A stretch of 64,000 nucleotides of DNA from Schizochytrium sp. TIO01 (GCA_004764695.1 SMSO01000032.1:3194483-3258482), one strand, 5' to 3'; counted from the stretch's first letter, positions 47,001 to 61,432 are shown. A program made the numbers and translations. Notes: a model not told the origin generated them from the sequence alone.

Positions 47001-48983
47001 ATCCATAAAATGAACGACCCTACCTTCAGAACAGACAGATGCTTTGGACAACTCGTTCTATTTCTATTGGGCCTACCAATTGTGCTTCTTTCCTCGCTCC
47101 TTTTACACTATAGTAGATACCACTTATCATGATCGTTTATTATCAGGCCTACTTTATTTTTTAAATTTGAAAAGTTTGGAAAGGAAGCTGTTTACTTATT
47201 TCCTGTCAATCTATATATTTATTTCTTATTTATATCTTTTTCTTTTCTTTTCTCTTTGAATAAAATAATTTTCAGAAAAACAAGACAAACCAAATCAAAA
47301 CAAACAAACAAACAAACAAAAACACGCTACATTCTGTAATACTCCAGACGTGGTGTTATCCGCACCTCATGAACCGCCGCGTGGTATGTGGTCTTTACTG
47401 CCTAGATGGATTGTGTAGCTGTCGAGCGGAATGTTAAAAGGAGAGGAAACCTTTCCATTTCCGAGCTTTCTCTTTGCATCAACGAACTCGTCACTAAGTC
47501 CCCAAAATATTTCAGAATAACAGTACTCACCATCACAGAAAAAAAAAAAAAAATCCATAACCGCCCTCTTCAAGTCCACATTATCTTCTCGGCAGCCTCT
47601 TTAAAAAGCAGTTACTACAAAACTCGTGGAGATTCGTATGGAGGTTTAGGATGTGGAACAGGGCTGGGGCCGAAGCAGGAGCCAAAGTTACATGTACTCA
47701 AGCTCGCGAGCGGGACTTGAATGCGATTCCAGGGTTTACGAATGACCAATATGCCACGTCTCTCTTTGCTGCTTCCTCGGCCGGGTGATTAGTACTGATG
47801 ATAACTATTATTATGATAAGATATCTCAATCAACAAAATAAAATGTTTTACTTGACTGTTTTATTTTTAAAACAAAATAAATAAATAAAATTTATTTACA
47901 TTAAACTCTACTAGGAAAAATAAATCTAAAGTATCTACGCTGACCCAATTAGAATTGTGCGAAGACTTTCAAGACTATCTTTGTCAACATTGAGGAGACT
48001 GTACAGCTTCGATCAAATATGCTCTATAAGAGCCTATCAACTAGTTCTGTTTGTATCCTCTGCAGCTTTGCACCTACTCGTCAGTGAGATCTTGGTTTCT
48101 CACTCAAAGCAGATCTTGCAGAACTGACATCGAACTCATAGAACTGACCGTGCTAGTACTATATGCGCTAAATTACTACTACTACTTCACTATATTCACA
48201 GCAAAGTAACTATATTTTTCACATTCGTCCAAAAATAAACAAAAAGGAATTTTATACATGCAAATGTTTAATTTTCATTTTAAAAAATAATTAAAAATAA
48301 AATAAAAACTAAAAATAACAACAGCTAGCTGCATGAATGAAGTGTTTTCACAGTTCTACTCGCGAGGACATAAGGAAGGTGACTTTTCTCTCCGACTCTG
48401 AGGCAAAAGGACCTTGCTTCAATAGACCCACGAACTCTGGTGAGCCAGTGGCTAGCTGTAGGTACCTATCAACGCCAAAAAACGCCTTCAAGTTGCATAA
48501 TCATCCGACTCGTGACGCACGCACTCCACCTTGAACTGTACTGGACAGGAAGTTGGCAGTGCATGAGTGAGTGAGCTCTGTAGAAGATGCATTTGGACAC
48601 CTTTAAAGTAGGTAGGTAGCTGTAGCTAGCTACATATGGTGTTATCGCAACAATTGTGATCTCTAATCCTGAATGGGTTGTGCTTTGGTTTGATATCTAT
48701 TCTTGGGAAGTTGGACTTTGTCTAGCTCTCATCCAGCTTTCATTGCTACTGGTAACTTATTCCCTGCTGAAAGAAGCTCCGTTTTGAACAGCAAAGTGTC
48801 TTCTCTCAGATCTGCTGTACGATTAACTCTTGCTGCCATCTTAGTGTACGTAGTAGCAGAAGTACAATTGCACATGCCTCGCTCGAGGCTCTCGGTGAAA
48901 GTATGCGCATCTGAGCGCACCGGACCTGTGTCAGTCGTAGCAGGAGGTAGTCAATTTCACAATAGTGGTGATCTTGATCCATC

Positions 48984-49839
48984 TCAAGAATCAACGCTAT
49001 GACAAGGCGATGTTTGAAAGCCTTTTGCATTCATACAAGCTCTGGTTGAATTTGACTTCGACATGCCTGGTTCATTGCCAACTCTGTTTGAAGCTTTACA
49101 TTTTCGGAGCTGTTTGGCGCTGATACTGCCCTGTAGTCTTAGATAGCACGTAGGTATCTACTGCCTGCTATCTATTTCTACTAGTACGAACACCTGATAG
49201 CTCCTCAGGATCCCTGTGCAGCGAGAGGCTTTCGTTTGTGCAAGGGTCTCCGTCGAAGGGGATTGGCAAGTCTATGTTGCTGCATTCATGAACCTCATCG
49301 ACTCCGGGGCGTCTCCTCTCCCTTCGGTCTCATCCCTGCCGACGCTAGATAACTTGCACGCAGTCATCTATGAGCTGCAGGTGAAGATCATCGCTTTGCA
49401 CAACGACCACACTGCGATAAGCCCTCGACGGTTGGGCAGACAGAGGTAAAGACAAGGCTGGTGGATGGAGAGTACTCAGCCCGGAGCGCAGCCAGCGCGA
49501 GCCACAGTTGCCAATCGGCGCAGGCACGGGCCCTGGCAGCCGGAGCGCTCCCAGAAGTGCTGCGCAATCCGAGTCCTTGCTCTCATTCGTGTTTTTCGAG
49601 GTCCAGCTTGTGCAAAAGGGGCCTTTACTTACTTGCGTTCTTTCTGTCTGTAGACTGACTGCACTATTACCATCATTCTCGTCCTCCAGCTCTGTTTGTG
49701 AACTTCTTTCCGCCTGTGCGTCGGGCTCAGGCCGCCTGTCTTGAGGCAGAACTGCGAGTGCGTGCTGGCCCTGGCGGCGGACGAGGGAGGAGAGGTGGCC
49801 GGGCGAGGGATCGAAGAAGAAGTCCACGGCCCTCATCAT
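48984..49839 (-). CDS. Possible small hypothetical gene (exons 49839-49633 and 49130-48984, ~117 aa), or the unspliced 164-aa ORF
   Basis: ATG at 49839, a GTAAGT donor after codon 69, and a CTACAG acceptor giving an in-frame 48-codon second exon. Divergent from the CCCH gene across an AT-rich block. No recognisable domain. Confidence 0.25.
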
Positions 49840-51495
49840 ATCATTTCTGATGCTTTCTGAGTGAGTTTAACGAAGCAGGAGAAGAAAAGGAAACCTTGAT
49901 CATCCATCTCCAATTAATTGACCACTTGGTTATCTGTCATCATCTTGAGCTGATTCTTCACACGCTGAGCAAGCGAGGAGGAGACCTTCTTAATGTAAAC
50001 CTCGTCGTGTGTGAGCAATGTCTTTTCGTGTGTGAGCAATGTCTTTGGGTTACATCGCACTCACTACCCAGAAGGAAGAGCAACAGGCGCACTGCATTGT
50101 GCGCATTACATCATTCTGAAACGGGCTGTTCCATTACAGCCTTTCGAAGTGTTCAATGAATGAATGATGTATGAATGAACCCTAACAAACAAACAAACAA
50201 ACAAATAAACAAATAAACAAATCAACAAATCAACAAAAGAACAGAAGACAGAAAAGAGAAAAAATGAACGTAGTACCGGGAAAAGTTTTCTTTTTCTTTT
50301 CTTTTCGTTTTCCTTTGGTTTCAAGTCCGTCTTTAGTTTGTTTTTAAAATCAGGGCACCTCCGCCTTCTAGGTGTTCCAACAGTCGCTCCTCTTCTGCAC
50401 CTTTGCGAGAGGAGAAGAGTGTAGAAAGCAGAAGAAACTGCTCTCCTCGCTTTCACTTTCAAGTTACAGGTGGTAGAGACTAGCCACCGACTGTCCTTCC
50501 TCACCTCGCTCTTTCGTGCTGTCTCCTTTCTAAGGCCTTTCTCTGCGGCTGTCGGGTTCGAGTCTGCTCTGGTTGCCTTGGCTCGCCCAGTTCTTGGGTT
50601 TTGTAAAAGTCTGTCTGTAGCTAGGTGATTTTTTGTTTTGTTTTAAATAATTGTGAAAAGTTTTTTTGGTTTTGTTTTCAAATAAAATTAAAATAGAAAG
50701 TAATATTTTGTTATTTTAAATGGAAAGAGTTTCAAAGGAAGTTATTTTAATTAAAACTTTATATGTTTATTTGATAAATATAAGTTTTTCTTTAAAATAA
50801 ATATATAGCAAATAATTGTAAATGTTATAAAAGTTATAGTTTCTGGCTGTTTTTTTTGCATGCGCGCATATTCCAACGATGGCACGATAAGTCAATCACT
50901 CTTGAGCCTCGCCGGTTCCTCCTTCGCTCCATGGACCACCTTTGAAGACAGCGGTGGCAAATGGCACGGCGCCACTCGGACGATTCAACGGGTCTACGAC
51001 TCTCTCTGGCCCCGAAAGGCTATCACTGCCAACTGCACCAAAAGAAAACAAACTCTTCTTCTGCATGAGCAATTGAGGACCTCTATGCGAAAAAGGTGTT
51101 CTTTGTTTAGTTGAGAAAACTAAAACAATTCTTAAAACACGCGAACTGAGAGACTACAAAGAAAGGAAAAGAAAAAGTAATCGCTTATCAATCAAAATAA
51201 AATGAATAATTAACCAACTAACTAGCGAACTAACTAGCTAACTAGGTACAAATCAAGTAAACAGTAATTCACTAACTAACTGATTCCCTGACGTACACTC
51301 AAAACAGATCAAATCAAATCGGGCAGGGCAAACAAACACGTGAACAGCGAGGTCTAGGTCTAGCCCGGTAGCTAGCTCGCCCCGCTTGAAGGCTCGCCTG
51401 GCCCGTGGAGCAGGCGAAGCGGCCTTTCAGCCCGCAGGACCGATTTCGCTCCCAACGCGCTCGCACCGCCTCGTAACGAGCGGAAAGAGCTGCGC

Positions 51496-51566
51496 ATGAT
51501 GCAGTCCCTAGCCGCGCCCTCTCCCAACGCCTGGGGTGCTTGGCGCAATGGGCCTCCTTCGGGCGT

Positions 51567-51599
<33 letters not shown>

Positions 51600-53631
51600 A
51601 CAAGCGTCTCGCGGCGAGGACTTTACTGAGCACGGGCCTGCGACTCACTCCTCAGAGCGCCCGCTGTCCCGCGTCGAGGCATCCCTGACCGAGAAGATGC
51701 CGTACGATGACGCCCAAGCCGATCAAGCAGAGCTTCTGCAACAACAGCAGCTCAAGGCCAACCCGAAGAAGAAGACCACGGGACCTGTACACAATGCACG
51801 CTACAAGGCCAAAATGTGCAAAAACTGGATGAAGACCCAGAGCTGCCCGTACTTTGAAAAGTGCCAGTTCGCACACGGTACTGCCGAACTCGAGAAATGG
51901 GCAACCCGCAGAGCCAAGCTCAAACAGCAGCAACAACAGCAACAGCCGGCTGTAGTCAAGTCGCTCAAAATGTCACCCTCTGGCCAGACGTCCTCGAATC
52001 GCATTATGAACAATGAGGAGGAGGAAAAGGACGAGATCTTTCGCAACAACGGCCAACACGATGATGGCACATCGTCCCCTTCAGAGTCCTTATCGGGGCT
52101 CGCCCAAGATGACTACCTTGATTCGAACCCTGTAGATGACTTTACCATGAATCAAGATGACGACGACGATAATGAGATCGACGACGAGGAGGAATGTGGC
52201 AAGATCAGCGACGAGGACGCCGCCAGCCGCCGCCTCCTTCACCACCACCATGGAGAGACTGCTGTCATTGCTGCCGCCGCTGCTGTCGTCGCAGCAAACG
52301 GATCCAGCAATAACTCCGCAACACATGTACACGAACCATTTGCACTTTCTTCTCATCAAATCACCACTGATCTCAACGTTGATACGCACGGCGATTGGGC
52401 GCACAACACTAATAATGTGAATTCACAGATGCTCTGTTTCCGCAGTATCTCGGCTGGGTCTCATGAGACAAGTGAACTGCGAGCTCGTGGTATGAGCATG
52501 CCGTGTGGCTCGAGCGAGTCCTTCGACAGCTACTTGAACTTTGATGTGCATGAGCCCTCGAACATGCCTGTGTCGTCGTCTCTGCCACAAAGCAGCAGCG
52601 GATTGGGGGCCTCGTCGTCTTCCGCATTTCCACCACAGACACCGGGGTCGTCCAAGAGCGCTCCTTTGCATGGATTCGACTTTACAAGTGCATTTTCGAG
52701 CGTACTTGAATCCAAGAACAATGACATGAAAGGCCCTAGCGGATCCTTGAACTCGCAGACGTCTTCGGTGCTCAATTCTCTGCCAGACTTCTCTTCCAGC
52801 TTTGGATCCAGTCTACCAGATCTCAGCGCCCACTTTGGCGATCTTCGATTTGATAGCTCACCAGATAACGTGCCACTTAACCGCTCGAGTAGCCTGAGCA
52901 TTTCAAGTATCTCAAGTCTTGATAGCAGCGCAAGTACCAAGGCTTGCCACTCTGCTCCTTCGCCCGAACTCTCTGCAAATGTAAACCCCTACGGCCCGAG
53001 CCCGCCCAATGCGTTCACAAATTCTTCTCCGGAGAACGCTTTCCGCCCGTTGCCCACGCTCTTTGAGCCTACTGGCGTAAATACTATGCTCTCTGGCGCA
53101 CCCAACAACATGTACAGTTTCCACCAACCTAAGGCCCTGCAGGTACAACAGCAGGCACAACAACCTCAGCAGCCAGAGCAGCGCTTATTACAGCAACAAT
53201 CATCACAAGCTTCCCAAACAGCTGTACCATCACAAGCATCTCAGCAGCAGGCTGTGCCTCGCACGCCAATGTCTGCGGCGTCCTCTATGGGGCATGCCGG
53301 TGTTGCCGCCTCCATGAACATGTCGCCGCCACACGCGCCGCATCATGCACAGCCGCAGCAACATTCTCCACCCCAAGCTCCTTCGCAAATGCCAAGGATG
53401 GAGCAAAAGCATGTAACCTTTGCTCAGGATCCCTGTGGACGATCGTATTACCAACAAGATATGCAAATGCCGCCGACTCACGTGCAACAGCATGTGGAAC
53501 CGGAGCTTAACTATATGCACCCAGTTTCCATGCAAACCTATCCGCATGCCATTTCCGAGACGTTGTTCTGGGATGGAAGCTTCACAAATGCCTTTCAATG
53601 CCCTCAACCGCAGACGTTTGGCAACCTATAA
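51496..53631 (+). CDS. Single CCCH (TIS11/tristetraprolin-type) zinc-finger protein with polyQ and long low-complexity regions
   Basis: RYKAKMCKNWMKTQSCPYFEKCQFAHG..EL (C-x8-C-x5-C-x3-H with YK lead-in) in a 711-aa ORF. Confidence 0.9.
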
Positions 53632-53665
53632 AGAGTATTATGCACGCGCCCGAGCAGGCACCTAT

Positions 53666-53741
53666 TCATTCATTTCATTTCATATCATTTCATTTCATTT
53701 CATTTCATTTCATATCATTTCATTTCATTTCATATCATTTC
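53666..53741 (+). repeat. (CATTT/CATAT)n pentamer microsatellite in the probable 3' UTR of the CCCH gene
   Basis: About 14 pentamers starting ~35 nt after the stop codon. Confidence 0.85.
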
Positions 53742-56178
53742 CCATCTCTTCACTTTACAGAATTATCAAATCATCAATTATCTCTTCTTTTCTTATCATT
53801 TCTCAGCTTGTACTTGTCTTCTGCCGTCACGATTCTGCGCTCTAAACGCACCATTCTGCTCAATGCTTGTGCCTTTTATCATGAGATATGATAGTTCACA
53901 ACTTTAGTCTACAGTGCTAAAATCATGAGCAATTAAATAGTACATCAATTAGTATTATTATTAGTAGTAGCAGCAGTAGTAATAGGTTGATAATACGAGG
54001 TGCACGCACCTCTTCACTCACCTGATTTCATCATAGCACTTGATGTACGTACGTGTGGAAACTCTCTCTTCGACCGTTCAACCTGAACTTCCTTTTCCTC
54101 TCCTAGTTCTGCGGTATTGATGTTGTTACGGCTAAAGCTCCCAAGTGATTGCCGTGTGCGTGCGAGAGAGTGAGTGCCAACCTCATCACTTTCCTTAATT
54201 TAATCAAATATCTGATTACTTCTTGAGCCTGGTTTACCACTCTTGATCCTGAGGGGTCGTCCCCCGCATATTTTAACTTGAAAGCTCAGCACAGTACCCC
54301 GTTGCTACATGATTATTACATAGATCGCGTCTGACTTCTTCTCCTTCTTCTCCAGTAAAGTAAGTGATGCAGCTAGTTTCCGCAGCGCCTTTCATGATCC
54401 CTTGAAATCCTCATCCCCACCGATCAATATTCAACGCGCCATCATTTTACATAGGCACGAGACTTTATATCCTCCAGAAACTCGCGCAAACAACAGTGCT
54501 CTGCACCGTCATCCGGCAGGCAGGCAACGAATCTTCACTCGTCGTCATCAGCACCGCATTCGCAATCACCGCCATCTCTGAGGGAGGTTTGCCTAGTGCT
54601 GCACCCAATTAATTGATTATCCACTTCGCAGTTCTGCTGCTGCGCTCAGTGAGTTTGGCACCATCATCGTCGTCGTCGTCGTCGTATCGGCCGGTTCCAG
54701 GAACTCCCAGCGTGTAAAGAGAGCGCTTTTATGCCTGCCTTTAGAGAGCGAAGTGGAGCGCCTAGGCACCCTTAGGCACTAGTAGGTACCTTCTTTGCCC
54801 TGGCAGAGCGAGGATCTATCTCTCAAACTCAACAAGAACTGGGGCGAGGATGGCGGGATGGTCAAGGGATTGGCAACCAGCTGACATGCTGGTAGAGCAG
54901 AGAGTCTTCGGAAACCTTGCTCATGTCACGGGGGATGAACTTGTGTTTGCAGGTGTCTATCGCAGTTGATCTCTGTTCTTTGCAATTAAAGAAAAAGTGA
55001 TTTGAGGGAAGATTTTGGAAAGAAAAGAAGAAGTTCTGCTTTTAAAATTAAAGAAAAGAAAAAGAAACAAAAGGAAAAGAAACATTAAAAAAAAAAAATA
55101 TTTATCTTAATTAAAAATAAAATATCTTTGCATTCGAAAATTAAAGACAAAATAAACATAAACAGATTGGAATTACAAAGGTGGGTAACGAGAGGATATA
55201 TTGGAAAAAGTAGATAGCCAAAATCCATAGATCCTTCTCACACCCAAATATATTGTAGAACTAGTATCTGGCTGTTTCCCCAGGGTCTTACCTCACTTCA
55301 ATCCCATCGTCGCCCTCAGTTCTTTCCAATTTCTCTAAAAAGCATCTCTTACTATCTCTAATTTTAATTTTTCCTAAATTAGAAATAGTCTTTTACTCTT
55401 TCTCCAGACGCCCCACCCTGTAGCACCCATGTAGGCTCTCCTATTCATGCAGTGTGCACTGCACGTATTTTATTCCTCTTATTGTTTAGCAAATCCTGCT
55501 CATACTAGCTAGTACAGAGAACCCGAAGAAGCTCAGCTATGTCCCTACCTAACAGTGTCCTACGATCCGGCTCAGATCCAAGCCGCCTTACCAAAGAAAC
55601 CAAGGAATACAACAGATGGAGGAACTCCCTTCGCAGCGCAAAACTGCCTTGGGCCGACAACTTCGTAAGGAGGTCAGACTGTCTTTGAGCTCTTCTGGCT
55701 GAGCTCTTTCTTGATAGGTAGGTAGGTATACAAACGCTCTGGATCAAGAGTTCCTAGTATCTAGTTAGCAGACCTAAGGAGAGGTAGGATCTTAATCTAT
55801 AGTAGTTCCTAGAGGGTGTATAGGCACTGATTAGAAAACAGTACTAGCAGTAACAGTAGTAGCAGTAACAATACTACTACTAGTAGTAATAGTAGTGGTA
55901 GTAGTAGTAGTTTAAGAGAGATGAAGAAAGATACTGATCGAAGGAAGAGCAGGGAAGAGAAAAGAAGAAGAGAAGGATCTTTCTTTTCTTGAGCAGGAGT
56001 CAGCAATTCCCAATCGATCGTTGGCGCAGGTTCTGACTGACCGACGAGCCTCCGCTCCCTTTCGACTGATACCCCCTCTCCCTTACCACCCCTTTCTTAC
56101 ACTCTAGCCTCGTCCCTCGCCTCGTTCGACTCTTCTGCGTTTGTTTTTGACAAACTCGTTCCAGTCCTTGTCCTCATC

Positions 56179-57549
56179 ATGGCCATGCGCTCCTTCGCCA
56201 GAAGCTTGCCGACCCGTGCGGCTGCCGCTCGTAGGAACGGATCGTCAGCCACGCGTCGTCGTCTGAGCACCGTTCCTCCCCAACAGCCTGCAGCCAAGGC
56301 AGCTCCTGCGCCGCCCCCTCCTCCTCCTGAAGGTTCTCCTTCCGGTGGTGGCGGTGGTGGCAAGCTGCTCGCCCTTGCCGTCCTCGGCGGTGGCGCGTAC
56401 TACTTCCGCGATGACCTCATGCGCCTCGCTGGCATGGACAATGGAAGTGGATCCTCTCCCTCCGCCGAGGTTGACGACTCGCACCTGAACGTTCGCGAGC
56501 TCAAGCAGGAGGTCGAGAAGCTCGGTCACCGCCTCGAAAAGGAGGTTGAGGAGGACCAGGCTCACGCCGAAGAGGCCGCCAAGGTTGGAACAGAAGCTGC
56601 CTCGGAGACTAAGGTTGAGACTGCTCGTCGTGTCGCAGAGGCTGCTGGTGTGCCAAACGCGCACTCGCAGCCTCTGGCAAAGGAGCCCGTCGACTACGAG
56701 GCTGTCAAGGAGGCGATTCGGAACCTGCTTGAGGACGAGAGCCACGACGACGGAAGCTACGGTCCTACCTTTGTGCGTCTCGCATGGCACAATGCAGGAA
56801 CCTACGACAAGAAAACCGGCCTCGGAGGCAGTGAAGGTGCCATGATGCGCTTCAAGGAGGAAGGTGGATGGGGCGCCAACGCCGGCCTTGATAAGGCTCG
56901 GGCTCGGCTCGAGGCCGTCAAGACGCAGTTCCCGGGCATCACCTACAGTGACTTGTGGTCTCTGGCTGGAACTGTCGCGATTGAAGAAATGGGCGGCCCC
57001 GAGATGTCCCAGTGGCGTCCTGGACGCAAGGATTACGACGAGGGCCACCACACCCTGCCGGGTGGTCTCCTGCCGGACGCTGATGGACGCGACCACAAGG
57101 ATGCGCCGGCTGAGCACCTGAGGGACATCTTTTACCGCATGGGATTCAACGATCAGGAGATTGTGGCCTTGACTGGCGCGCATGCGCTTGGACGCTGCCA
57201 TAGCACGGCTAGCGGATACGAGGGACCCTGGACTCGCGCACCGACGACCTTTTCGAACGAGTTCTACAGACTCCTGCTCGAGGAGAGATGGAGCAAGAAG
57301 AAGACACACAAGGGCAAGGCATGGACTGGACCCGAGCAATACGAGGACCCCAGCCAGGACCTCATGATGCTGCCCACTGACCTCTCGCTCGTGCAGGACC
57401 CCAAGTTCAAGGTGTACGTTGAGAAGTATGCCCAGGATGAGGAGGCCTTTATGAAGGACTTTGCTAAGGCATGGATCAAGTTGCAGGAGAACGGAGTGCG
57501 CAAGTTCCACGGATGGCGCCGATACATTCTCTTTGGACCCCGCGAGTGA
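56179..57549 (+). CDS. CCP1: Mitochondrial cytochrome c peroxidase (class I heme peroxidase)
   Basis: [21 protein letters not shown] (distal Arg/Trp/His), [24 protein letters not shown]. Arg-rich presequence plus a hydrophobic sorting segment. Confidence 0.92.
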   Translation: MAMRSFARSLPTRAAAARRNGSSATRRRLSTVPPQQPAAKAAPAPPPPPPEGSPSGGGGGGKLLALAVLGGGAYYFRDDLMRLAGMDNGSGSSPSAEVDDSHLNVRELKQEVEKLGHRLEKEVEEDQAHAEEAAKVGTEAASETKVETARRVAEAAGVPNAHSQPLAKEPVDYEAVKEAIRNLLEDESHDDGSYGPTFVRLAWHNAGTYDKKTGLGGSEGAMMRFKEEGGWGANAGLDKARARLEAVKTQFPGITYSDLWSLAGTVAIEEMGGPEMSQWRPGRKDYDEGHHTLPGGLLPDADGRDHKDAPAEHLRDIFYRMGFNDQEIVALTGAHALGRCHSTASGYEGPWTRAPTTFSNEFYRLLLEERWSKKKTHKGKAWTGPEQYEDPSQDLMMLPTDLSLVQDPKFKVYVEKYAQDEEAFMKDFAKAWIKLQENGVRKFHGWRRYILFGPRE

Positions 57550-59242
57550 GCAAGGTTTTACGGCACCTGCAAGCTCTCCCTCGCAACGTCAAAGTTTACT
57601 ACCATGAACCAAGCAATTTACTTTTCACCACTAGTGAGCAGCTGACCAATCTGATTGACAAATCGTTTATTCATCTATAATGGGTGATCTCTCTGATTGA
57701 TCCTCCTCGAACGCATCTGTCTATATCCATATCCTGCTGCCATCGTTACGCGCATTCTCAGTTCCTCGATACCTTTTGCCCTATGGCCTGCCGCTATCTA
57801 AGGTGGTATTCCGGTTTTAGTACATATCAGTACAGCTTGGGGAAGGGATTGCCTGGCCTATCGCTCTCTTTTTGGATTGGTTTGCTTCTTCATAAGAAGT
57901 TTAACTCGCAGACCCGTATACTTTAAGAAATCCCCTCTCGAGCAAATGCAACCCTTTGCCGATATGCAACAGCAATTGCTCCATGCTGCTTCCGACTATT
58001 CGCCATATCTCGAAGGCCTGTTGCCGTCTGTCAATTCAATTCAAAATAATCATAATGTCTTTACCTTTTTATATCTTTTTCTTCTCTCTTTTTTTTTCTT
58101 TTTTTTTTCTTTCTCGTCAATAGTTGAACGCTTTCCTGTTGTTTCTTCTCCGCGATTCTGCTTTAAAACTCCTTGAGTTCTTTGATCAAAAGGGTCCCCT
58201 TGTTTTTCTTCTTTCTAGTCTTAGTCTCCTCAATTCAAAAAGTCAGGCACTTGTTTTCCATACTCAGCAATGTGATTGGATTCATTCAAGACATCGTAGT
58301 GAAATCATTCCAACCCTCGTGCAAAAGGTAAGTGAGCAATTTGGGTCAACTTAAATACCCATGACGATTTGCCAAAAGAACCACACTAAATTAACCTTCT
58401 TTTCGCAAATGTCCCGCTCTGCCATGGTGGCCTCTTCCTTTTTGATGGCATGGTTCACTTGAGCACGAGTGTGCACCAACCAACCGGGATCTCCAGGTCG
58501 CAGCTTGTGATACCACGCAAACAATCTACAGTAGCCTTGACTTACGCAATTAGACTGCTCCTCTTGGTCTTGCGGCAAATTGCGGGTGTCTGCGAAGAGG
58601 TCATAAGTAATGCTATGACTAGTGGCTCTAGAATAGACTTTGTGTATTTGCCTCCACTGAAAGGCGAGACCGGATTAACAGGAAGGTAGGTATACCTAAC
58701 TAACTAACTAACTAACTAACTAGTTCATCGCATGACGAGTCGGTTCCAACGAACTCTGGGTTATTCGACCAAGATGACAGACAATTGACGATGGGGGTGA
58801 CCCTGGTAATAACATTTAGCAAGAAATAACAAGAAAGAATTTTTGCCTTCGGAGGGCTGAGGCGCAGGCCGAGAAAGGTAATAATGTCCATCCATTCAAG
58901 TTCACAGTTCACAGTTCACAGGGCGCCGCTCCTCCTACCACCGCATGAAAGCTAATACCTTCTCTGCGTCTGTTGTCCAAACATACGCAAGCTCGGAGGC
59001 ACTCCAAGGTCTCCAACGAGACGTGAGAATACTACAAACTTTCAGGCATGGCTATAATTCTATAATTGCTGTATTGAGTGAATGGCTGGAGAGAGAAAAG
59101 AGCAGCAGAATGAAAGGAAGAAGCCTAGACGACAATAGGAGTATGCTAGTCACATGGGAAGGAATATAAAATAAAGAAAGTAATTAAGAACTTTTGTTGA
59201 GCAATACCAAAATACACAATCGTCGTTCGGTGGGTAAGCAAA

Positions 59243-59863
59243 ATGGAGGGCATGCACGGGATTGAGCCCAAGGCGAACGCGAGGAGCACGACAACCAAGA
59301 GCGAGCAAGACCTGCAGAACAACATGCATCAGCATCAAAAGGAGAACCAGAGGCAGCAGCAGGGAACACACTGTATCAGGACTGACAGCTTCCGCGTAGA
59401 GGTTATTGAGGACAAAGGTAGAGGAGTTGTGGCTGACAGGGTAATTCGACGCGGAGAAGAAATTGAACGGAGCCCGTGCATTTCATGTCCTGCCGAAGAA
59501 TATGCGGCGCACGGGAAGCACACCATATTTGACCACTACTTCTACTCGGGAAAGAGTGGTACTCAGTACCTGCCATTAGGTATTGGCTGCCTCTTCAACC
59601 ACTCGGAGCAGCCTAACGTTGATTTTCGCCTCGATGAAACTCGCAACGAAATTCGCTACTACGCCGCAAGAGAAATTGCGGAAGGGGAGGAACTTTGTAT
59701 CTATTACGGAGCCAACCTTTGGTTCAACAATGCCGAAGAAGACGAAGATGAAGAGTATTCCGAAGACGAACAGGAACTGGCGCTGCCCATGTTCGGGCTT
59801 GGCATTGACGACTTCCCACAACCTGCAGAGACAGACGGGAACACTGAAGCAAAGCAGGAATAA
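59243..59863 (+). CDS. Minimal SET-domain lysine methyltransferase
   Basis: KGRGVVA, LFNHSEQPN and AAREIAEGEELCIYYG motifs. No pre- or post-SET Cys clusters. Acidic tail. Confidence 0.9.
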   Translation: MEGMHGIEPKANARSTTTKSEQDLQNNMHQHQKENQRQQQGTHCIRTDSFRVEVIEDKGRGVVADRVIRRGEEIERSPCISCPAEEYAAHGKHTIFDHYFYSGKSGTQYLPLGIGCLFNHSEQPNVDFRLDETRNEIRYYAAREIAEGEELCIYYGANLWFNNAEEDEDEEYSEDEQELALPMFGLGIDDFPQPAETDGNTEAKQE

Positions 59864-60531
59864 ATTCTTAAATCCTTTAACCCCCTCTTCTTTTGACATA
59901 TTAAAGAAAGAAGACCACCGAACACATGAACAAATAGAAACGAGCTTCTCATAGTGGAGCTCCAAAACCACCTCATTCTTAACCTCTCTCTCCATCATCC
60001 CCATCCCAGTAAATTCCAGGCTTCGTATCACATTACATTTGAAAGCCTCTAAGCAAAATCTCCAAGTTTACGACATATTTGGACCCCTTCTCTGGCACAT
60101 ATGATGCAGGTACTGTGCAAATATTCTTCTCTCGCTAGGAGACGATGAAGCGTAGACCAGGGAACATATTCTACTTTGAAAAACCTACAACGCCTGGCTA
60201 GCAGGTGATTTGCAACAGCTTTTTTATGCAAAAAAGGCTCTGCGAGCCTCAAAGTAAGAGTCCGTCACAAAGTAAGCTTTTGCTTACTTGCTATTGCAAG
60301 ATTTTAAGTTCTTCCCATAAAAAGTAAGAGAAGTCACTCTCAAGTCCCTTTTTATACTATCATTTCTCTTGTTTTCGTTATTTTTAAGGGTTCTGAAGTT
60401 TAACATATTTAGAGTGATACAACGCCCATGGATCCCAAAGCAATGCCTCATAACTTTATTTAAAAAAATAACAATAAATGCAACACTCGCCAAATCAAGT
60501 TTGATCATATTCACCCAAACCGTTGCTGTAT

Positions 60532-60533
<2 letters not shown>

Positions 60534-60569
<36 letters not shown>
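60534..60569. repeat. (TA)n microsatellite followed by a G run
   Basis: Direct reading. Confidence 0.9.
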
Positions 60570-60571
<2 letters not shown>

Positions 60572-61432
60572 GGGGGGGAGGTTAGTCTTGAACACGATGA
60601 TAACATGAATTTTCTATCGACGTGGGTGTTGAAGAGAACAGCGAGGAGAATGTCATTCAAATCTAGGCAAACAAGGGCTAAAGAGGCACAGCACACATAG
60701 AGAAGCATGCGACACTTTAATTTTTCAAAGGGAGAAAGTGAACAAATATGTACCAACTCGCACAGTCATAGAGTAGCACATAGTAAAGTACACGATAAGG
60801 AGTGCGTAATGAACTGAAATGCAAGGCAAGGGAACTAGAAGGATTAAGCACGCATGGAAACATGTGGTGTTATTTTTATAGGGTTTGTGTGAGGGTGTCG
60901 AGGTTGTGGAAAGCAGGTTTCAGAGTTGATGTGTGCAAGAAAGCAAAACAAAATAAAAGAGCCAGACGGAAGATCCAACAACAGCGATATACTCATGCTG
61001 GCCCTTTAGTCCCGTGGTTAGCCTCCAATCCACAGCAACGTCAGCTTTCATCATTGCTCCACCTCGTCCACCACCGCGGTGGAACGAAGCTGAGGAGGTT
61101 GGTCCAGTGGAAACAGTGACAAAATGTAGTAAAGAGATAGAGATAGAGAAAAGACATGCGTCCCCACATCGCAGAAACATGACCCATTTCCACGATCAGC
61201 ATCAGCATCATCATCGCAAGGAACAGGTGCCCGAGGTACGTGCAATGTTCGATTCAAATGCAAAAGAGGACGCCAACAAGAGTAGTGGGGTACCGCAATA
61301 CCCTCGAGAACGAAGGCACGCGGCACCAAAGCTAGGGATTAGATTTTCAGAGTTCAAATGATTTCAATTTGCAGCCAATCTTGGTTTTTTGAACATTTCA
61401 AATCAAATTCCTCGCCAAAACTCCTAGGACGT

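Noticed and set aside
56245-57510. 421-aa antisense ORF
   Set aside because: Shadow of the codon-biased peroxidase gene.
61014-61361. 115-aa ORF convergent with MRPL20
   Set aside because: Non-ATG start and no recognisable domain; cannot be supported without transcripts.
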